Positions 58,721 to 64,000 of a DNA stretch of 64,000 bases are shown piece by piece; within the stretch, counting starts at the first letter, position 1, and each line of letters opens with the position of its first letter. The translations under genes were made by a program, and so were the position numbers. Source of the DNA: Nannocystales bacterium (GTDB lineage: Bacteria > Myxococcota_A > Polyangia > Nannocystales > Nannocystaceae); contig JBOEGF010000010.1 of the NCBI GenBank assembly GCA_050633305.1, positions 832,001 to 896,000 on the forward strand, read 5' to 3'. The notes beneath the pieces were generated by a model that saw only the letters and a program-made list of their open reading frames with translations, searched no databases and was not told the DNA's origin.

Positions 58721-61684
58721 TCAGCTGAGGAGTTCCATCAGCTCGTCCCGCGTGATCGCAGCCCCGCCTCCGCCTTCGCCCACCGCCGCCTCGGCCAGGG
58801 CCCGCTTCTTCTCCTGCAGCGCGAGAATGCGTTCCTCGACCGTTCCGCGCGCGACGACCCGGTGCACGAGGACCGGGTTCTCTTGGCCAATGCGGTGCGC
58901 TCGGTCGGCGGCCTGGTCCTCGACCGCGGGGTTCCACCACGGGTCCATCAGGAACACGTGGTCGGCGGCGGTCAGGTTGAGGCCCGTACCCCCGGCCTTG
59001 AGCGACAGCAGCATGACGCTGGGTCCGTCTTTGGCCTGGAAGGCGTCGACGACCGCGCCGCGGTCCTTGGTGGCACCGTCGAGGCGGTTGAAGCTGATGC
59101 CCGAGCTCTTGAGGTGCGGCTCGATGAGGTCGAGGAAGCTGGTCCACTGCGAGAAGACCAGGGCCTTGTGTCCCTCGGCGGTCGCCGTCTCGAGTTGGTC
59201 GAGCAGGATGCGAACCTTGGAGGACGCGTCCGCACTCGCGACGGCTTGCCCGGGGAGCATCGCGCGGTGGCAGGCGGCCTGACGCAGTCGGAGCAGCGCT
59301 TCGAGCATGGCCATCACGTTCGCGCCCTCGCCGAGGCGCTTCATGATGTCGCTCTGGGTTGCCGCCCGGATCGCATCGTAGGCGCTGCGCTCTTCGTCTT
59401 GGAGTTCGCAGTGCAGCACGACGTCGGTCCGGGGGGGAAGCTCGGTGGCAACGTCACGCTTGAGTCGGCGCAGCAAGAACGGCTTGACGCGGTTGCGGAG
59501 GGCTCCTGCTGCGTTGGGATCCCCGGCCTCGATCGGCTTGACGTAACGGTCGCCAAAATCCGAGCGACCCCCGAGGAGACCGCGGTTGAGGAAGTGAAGC
59601 TGCGACCAAAGGTCGTCGAGGCGGTTCTCGACAGGCGTACCCGTGAGGGCGATTCGGAAGTCGCCGGGGACCTCGAAGGCCGCTCGGGCGACCTTGCTGT
59701 CGGGGTTCTTGATCGCTTGCGCCTCGTCGAGGACGACGGTGTCCCACTCGACCGCCTGCAGTTTTTCGAGGTCCAGCCGCATCAACGCATAGGTGGTGAG
59801 CGTGACGTCGGCGTCGGGATCGAGGGCCCGTCCGGGACCGTGGTAGACGGCGCAGCGCAGCGAGGGGCGGAACTTGGCGACCTCGGAGGCCCAGTTGGGC
59901 AGAACGCTGGTGGGCGCGACGACCAGCGTGCGACCCCGAATCGCGCACAGCGTCTGCAGCGTTTTGCCCAGTCCCATGTCGTCGGCGAGCAGTGCTCCGA
60001 GGCCCGCCTTGCGTAGGAACCCGAGCCACGCCACGCCCTCGTGCTGATAGTCGCGCAAGGTCGCGGTGAGATCGCTGGGGAGCTCGGCCGGCGGCAAGCC
60101 CTCGAACTCCTCAAGCAGCGGTCGGAGGCCTTCGAACGTGGGCGGGGCGGGGCACTCCAACGCCTGGCACAAAGCCGCAACGTCCGGAGCGGACCAGGCT
60201 GGCAAGTCTTTGCCCTCGGCCGTGGCGTCTCGGGCGGAGAGCAGCGCGACGAGGCGGTGTCCGTGTTGTGCGAGCCAAGCGGTCGGAACGCGGCCAAACC
60301 CACCGCCGGCGAGGGGGGCAAACGCGTCGCCTTGCTCCCAAGCTCGGACGACGGCGGCGGCATCGGCGCGGCCACCCCCGTCGCCTGCGGCCTCGCTCGA
60401 ACCTTCGGCCCCAAACCACAGGTCCATGTCGCCGTTGTCACCGACCTCGAGGTGAGCGTCGAGCTCTCCCGCGTCGAAGTAGGCCTCGTGGGCCTTGCCG
60501 TGTAGAGCGATGGTGTCGTCTTCGCGCAGGGCGGCCGTGACCGCGATCGCTTCGGCGGGCTGCAGCATCCGCTTGACCCCCAGCGTGAGGCCACGCGCGG
60601 TGAGCTGCTCCTTGAGGAGCTTCTCGAGCCGAGCGTTTCTCAGTGGGATGTCACCGTCCTTGAGCATCGTCAGTCGCTCGCCGTCGACCCGTGCGATCGC
60701 GGGCTCGCCGTAGAGGATGGTCGGCAGCACGGCCAGCTCGTCGCCCTCGCGCGAGGTGCCCAGCACCAGTCGAGGTTTGACCGTGGTGCTGCCGGGCAGC
60801 TCGATATCGGAGATGATGTGTAGTGTTCGGCGCAGCTTGGGAAGCCAGTCGCCCACCAGTGTGCCCAGATCGGTGTGGTGGAACACCTTGCCGCGCCGCA
60901 TGGATTCGTACTCGCCGGGCGTGAGCCCGTGCTCGCCTACCGCCGCGACCACGTCGGTCCGCTGGGCTGCCCCGTTGTCGAAGATCTTGGTGAGTCCGCG
61001 GTCCTGCTCGAGGCGGAGGACGTAGCCCTCTCGCTCGTTGGTCACCCGCACGGCCAGGCCGCTGACCGGGGCGCCCACAGTGACGGCCTTGCCGTCCAGC
61101 GTGATGTGCTCGACCTTGCGGAGCGCATCGAGAACCTTGCGCATCAGCGGCTTGGGGATGAGTCCCCCGCCGAAGCTCCCGAGCTTCTTCTCGAACTTGA
61201 GGTCGCCGTCGGCAGCGACGAACTTCGGGCCCTTGGTTTTGCCCATCGCGACCTGGGCGATCGAGCCGTTGAGTTGGTGCTGCTCGTCACCGGCGATGAT
61301 CATCCGGAACAACGCGAGCTTGCCGTCGTGGTTTTGCAGCCGGTACTCGAGATGCCCGCGGGCGGGGCCTTGGGCTTTGCTCTCGCCTTCCCCCGGCATG
61401 CGCTTGCCCTCCGCCCACGCTTGCTTCAACGCGATGGCACAGGCGGCCACGTGCGCGCACGCGTCCTCCCGACTGACGCACTCGCAGGTCCAGTCTTCGT
61501 CATCGGGAAACAACACGACCTGGGGCGACACCAGGCCACCCTTGGTCGCGACGCGCATCGCGATCTCGTCCCCGTCATCTTCTTCGCCGACGACTTGGCC
61601 GGACCGTGCCATCTGCACGCCGCGGGACCAGGTCCCCGGCGAGCAGGACTCGCGAATCGCGTTGAGGAGGTCGTCGATCGCCAA
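58721..61684 (-). CDS. SWIM-domain SNF2-family helicase/ATPase
   Basis: SWIM CEC....[62 protein letters not shown]. Confidence 0.95.
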   Translation of the reverse strand: MAIDDLLNAIRESCSPGTWSRGVQMARSGQVVGEEDDGDEIAMRVATKGGLVSPQVVLFPDDEDWTCECVSREDACAHVAACAIALKQAWAEGKRMPGEGESKAQGPARGHLEYRLQNHDGKLALFRMIIAGDEQHQLNGSIAQVAMGKTKGPKFVAADGDLKFEKKLGSFGGGLIPKPLMRKVLDALRKVEHITLDGKAVTVGAPVSGLAVRVTNEREGYVLRLEQDRGLTKIFDNGAAQRTDVVAAVGEHGLTPGEYESMRRGKVFHHTDLGTLVGDWLPKLRRTLHIISDIELPGSTTVKPRLVLGTSREGDELAVLPTILYGEPAIARVDGERLTMLKDGDIPLRNARLEKLLKEQLTARGLTLGVKRMLQPAEAIAVTAALREDDTIALHGKAHEAYFDAGELDAHLEVGDNGDMDLWFGAEGSSEAAGDGGGRADAAAVVRAWEQGDAFAPLAGGGFGRVPTAWLAQHGHRLVALLSARDATAEGKDLPAWSAPDVAALCQALECPAPPTFEGLRPLLEEFEGLPPAELPSDLTATLRDYQHEGVAWLGFLRKAGLGALLADDMGLGKTLQTLCAIRGRTLVVAPTSVLPNWASEVAKFRPSLRCAVYHGPGRALDPDADVTLTTYALMRLDLEKLQAVEWDTVVLDEAQAIKNPDSKVARAAFEVPGDFRIALTGTPVENRLDDLWSQLHFLNRGLLGGRSDFGDRYVKPIEAGDPNAAGALRNRVKPFLLRRLKRDVATELPPRTDVVLHCELQDEERSAYDAIRAATQSDIMKRLGEGANVMAMLEALLRLRQAACHRAMLPGQAVASADASSKVRILLDQLETATAEGHKALVFSQWTSFLDLIEPHLKSSGISFNRLDGATKDRGAVVDAFQAKDGPSVMLLSLKAGGTGLNLTAADHVFLMDPWWNPAVEDQAADRAHRIGQENPVLVHRVVARGTVEERILALQEKKRALAEAAVGEGGGGAAITRDELMELLS

Positions 61685-61696
61685 GGGGATGCGGCC

Positions 61697-62614
61697 CTAG
61701 TAGCGGGGAACCGAAGGGTCGAGTTCTTGCGACCAGGCGTCGATGCCCCCGACCACGTTGTAGACCTTGGTGAAGCCCTGCTCGAGGAAACGGATCGCAG
61801 CCTGGAAGCTGCGGTGGCCGTGGTGGCAGTGGAACACCAGTGGGGTGTCCTTGGGCAGGTCCATCATTTCCTGCACGTTGTCGCCGTCGAGCAACACCGC
61901 GCCCAACGTGGCGAGTGCGCGTTCTCGCGGCGTTCGGACATCGAAGAACTTCACACCGTCCTCTTTGATGAGCGCCGCAGCTTCCTTGACCCCGATCTGT
62001 TGAACCTGGGGAGGAGCATTGGGGTTGTCCATTCGGAACCCGACCTGGGGACCTTCGACATGGTCGATACGGAGGCCCTCCGAGCGCCGAGCCGTACCTG
62101 GGTCGACGAGGATCTTCAGGCCGCCTGCCTCGACGACGAGGTCGGACGAGCGGGGAAGGTCGAGCGCGAGGTCGTGCTGAAATGTGGGGGAGACCTCGAG
62201 GCGCAGCTGCTCGTCACCTTCGGCTTCGTCGAGCGCTTGTCCGAACACGGCGGCGGCCGCTTCGGTGATGTGAATGGTGGGCGGGGTGGGTGGCTTCGCG
62301 GCGTCGCCGAGCGCGGGGATCAGCTCGCCCTCTTCGTCCATCTGCCGGATGATGTCGCAGCCTCCGACGAACTCACCATTGATGTAGAGCTGGGGAATGG
62401 TCGGCCACTCGCTGAACTCCTTGATGCCCGAGCGGATCTCGGGGTCTGCGAGCACGTCGACCGTCGTGTAGTCGGGCACGTACTGGTCGAGGATGCCCAC
62501 GACGGTGGACGAGAAGCCACACTGCGGCTGCGCCCGGTTGCCCTTCATGAACAGCACGACGCTGTCGGACTTGGTGAGGGATTCGATGCGCTGGAGGGTT
62601 GCGGATTCGGCCAT
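61697..62614 (-). CDS. grxD: Monothiol glutaredoxin (Grx4) fused to a HesB/A-type-carrier-like domain and a rhodanese domain
   Basis: LFMKG...PQCGFS, WPTIPQLY..GEFVGGCDI; IHITEAA...GLRIDHV..GFRMDNPN; DVRTPRE, FHCHHGHRS, NVVGGIDAWS...PSVPRY. Confidence 0.88.
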   Translation of the reverse strand: MAESATLQRIESLTKSDSVVLFMKGNRAQPQCGFSSTVVGILDQYVPDYTTVDVLADPEIRSGIKEFSEWPTIPQLYINGEFVGGCDIIRQMDEEGELIPALGDAAKPPTPPTIHITEAAAAVFGQALDEAEGDEQLRLEVSPTFQHDLALDLPRSSDLVVEAGGLKILVDPGTARRSEGLRIDHVEGPQVGFRMDNPNAPPQVQQIGVKEAAALIKEDGVKFFDVRTPRERALATLGAVLLDGDNVQEMMDLPKDTPLVFHCHHGHRSFQAAIRFLEQGFTKVYNVVGGIDAWSQELDPSVPRY

Positions 62615-62725
62615 GGGACGTCCCGCGGCGGATGGTACAGGCGGGCTCTTGCCGGGTCCACGGGGGCGCGTCCGGCCTCCGGCGCTGTTTCCGCATGGCC
62701 GCGACGCATCCTGTACGCTCCGGGC

Positions 62726-63259
62726 ATGAAGAAGGTTCTGGTTGCGGGATTCGGCGTGCTGTCCCTCGTGCTGGTGGGGGTACTGGCGGCGGCGATGTTC
62801 AAGCCGGATGTCACACACGTCGAGCGCTCGCGTGTGGTGCGGGCGGAGGCGGCCGAGGTCATGCCGCACCTGACGGACATGGAGCTTTGGGTGAAGTGGA
62901 GCCCGTGGGCGGAGTTGGATCCGAACGTGAAGTGGACCTTCTCCGACCCGGCGTCGGGTGTGGGTGCTTGGTACGAGTGGAGCGGGAACGAGGAGGTTGG
63001 GCGCGGAAAGATGGAGGTCGTGTCGGTGGCGGACGACGCGGTCGGCTACGCGCTTGTGTTCATCGAGCCGTTCGAGTCCGAAGCCGCGGTGACACTGAGG
63101 CTCACGAAGGACGGTGAGGGAACGAAGGTGACCTGGGGCATGGACAGCCAGAACGGGTTCGCCACCAAGGTGTTCATGGTGTTTGCGGATTTCGACGCCA
63201 TGTTGGGTGCGGATTTCGAACGCGGGTTGGAGAATCTGGCGAAGGTGACAGAGGGGTAG
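62726..63259 (+). CDS. SRPBCC family protein with N-terminal membrane anchor
   Basis: [41 protein letters not shown]. Confidence 0.88.
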   Translation: MKKVLVAGFGVLSLVLVGVLAAAMFKPDVTHVERSRVVRAEAAEVMPHLTDMELWVKWSPWAELDPNVKWTFSDPASGVGAWYEWSGNEEVGRGKMEVVSVADDAVGYALVFIEPFESEAAVTLRLTKDGEGTKVTWGMDSQNGFATKVFMVFADFDAMLGADFERGLENLAKVTEG

Positions 63260-63362
63260 AGGCAGGCGTTGGCCCGACATGTGCTCTCGAGCTGCCGACC
63301 GCGGCTCGGTGGGTCGGGATGTGGTGCGGTATAGTTCGTACGTATTGGGGGAACCATCAGGG

Positions 63363-64000
63363 TTGAATGACGACGAGACGCGGGAGGTGGGTCGACCTCC
63401 CGAGCACGTCGACGAACCACGTATTGGAGCGCAGGTTCATCGCTTCGAATTGCTGGAGGAGATCGGTCGAGGCGGGATGGGCGTGGTGTATCGCGCACGA
63501 GACCCCGAGCTGGATCGGGTCGTCGCACTGAAGGTCGTGCGCGCCTCCGACGGGGATTCATCCGGATCGGATGGAGATGCAACGGCGCGGGCACGCATGT
63601 TGCGAGAAGCACAGGCGCTGGCAGCGGTCACTCATCCGAATGTGATCCCCGTCTACGACGTGCGGCGGACATCGGTCGGCCTGTGCATTGCGATGGAGTA
63701 CGTGCAGGGGCCGACGCTGAGAGGCTGGAAAGACGAGTCGCGCTCGTGGACGGAAGTCGTCGCGTTGTTTCGGCAGGCGGGAGCGGGGCTGTTGGCGGCA
63801 CACGAAGCTGGGCTTTGTCACCGTGACTTCAAGCCGAGCAACGTCCTCGTTGGGCGAACCGCCGCAGGGGCGCCGTGGGTTCGAGTGGTGGACTTTGGCT
63901 TGGCCCGACCCGCCGGGGCGTTCGTGTCGGAGGGCGGTGCGTTCGCAACCTCCGATGGTTCTGGGCAGCTGACCGAGGCGGGTTCAGTGGTGGGAACGCC
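63363..64000 (+). CDS. Ser/Thr protein kinase, 5' part (runs off window)
   Basis: [49 protein letters not shown] at 63363 after GGGGGA. Confidence 0.92.
   Translation, partial: MNDDETREVGRPPEHVDEPRIGAQVHRFELLEEIGRGGMGVVYRARDPELDRVVALKVVRASDGDSSGSDGDATARARMLREAQALAAVTHPNVIPVYDVRRTSVGLCIAMEYVQGPTLRGWKDESRSWTEVVALFRQAGAGLLAAHEAGLCHRDFKPSNVLVGRTAAGAPWVRVVDFGLARPAGAFVSEGGAFATSDGSGQLTEAGSVVGT

Noticed and set aside
58721..61684. SNF2 ATPase as an anti-phage system component
   Set aside because: Ordinary SWIM-SNF2 architecture, with no methylase, nuclease or other defence genes adjacent
60875..62725. Apparent 794-aa ORF ending in the SRPBCC domain
   Set aside because: Upstream part is antisense to SNF2/grxD; the real gene starts at ATG 62726 with an N-terminal membrane anchor

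Overview
High-GC bacterial chromosomal segment, most consistent with a myxobacterium (Myxococcota, probably Nannocystaceae-like). This is an inference from the many Ser/Thr/Gly-linker Cys-rich lipoproteins, ECF sigma/anti-sigma cassettes, an ActD-like protein and a eukaryotic-type Ser/Thr kinase. It holds about 50 CDS. Housekeeping genes (mtnA, dinB, orn, folK, cyaY, queE, asnS, hutF, a grxD fusion, a SWIM-SNF2 ATPase) are interspersed with secreted and lipoprotein genes. There are three tRNA genes: a canonical tRNA-Val(TAC) and an atypical tRNA-Lys(CTT)/tRNA-Asn(GTT) pair. I saw no CRISPR array, rRNA, prophage or complete IS. Best leads: (1) a ~270-nt non-coding segment (20985-21260) with many nested, hand-verifiable helices, downstream of a sigma70-like promoter overlapped by a palindrome and directly upstream of the two atypical CCA-less tRNAs, which may be a regulated ncRNA-plus-tRNA operon; (2) a stand-alone, well-punctuated gene resembling only the N-terminal domain of IS1634-family transposases, behind a ~550-nt non-coding region; (3) unusual domain architectures: a tandem FAD-binding oxidase, a tandem cytochrome-c lipoprotein beside a GH3 ligase, a Grx4/Cys-less A-type carrier/rhodanese fusion, and a DTG/NTG double aspartyl protease. 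All family calls come from reading motifs by eye; no database search was run.
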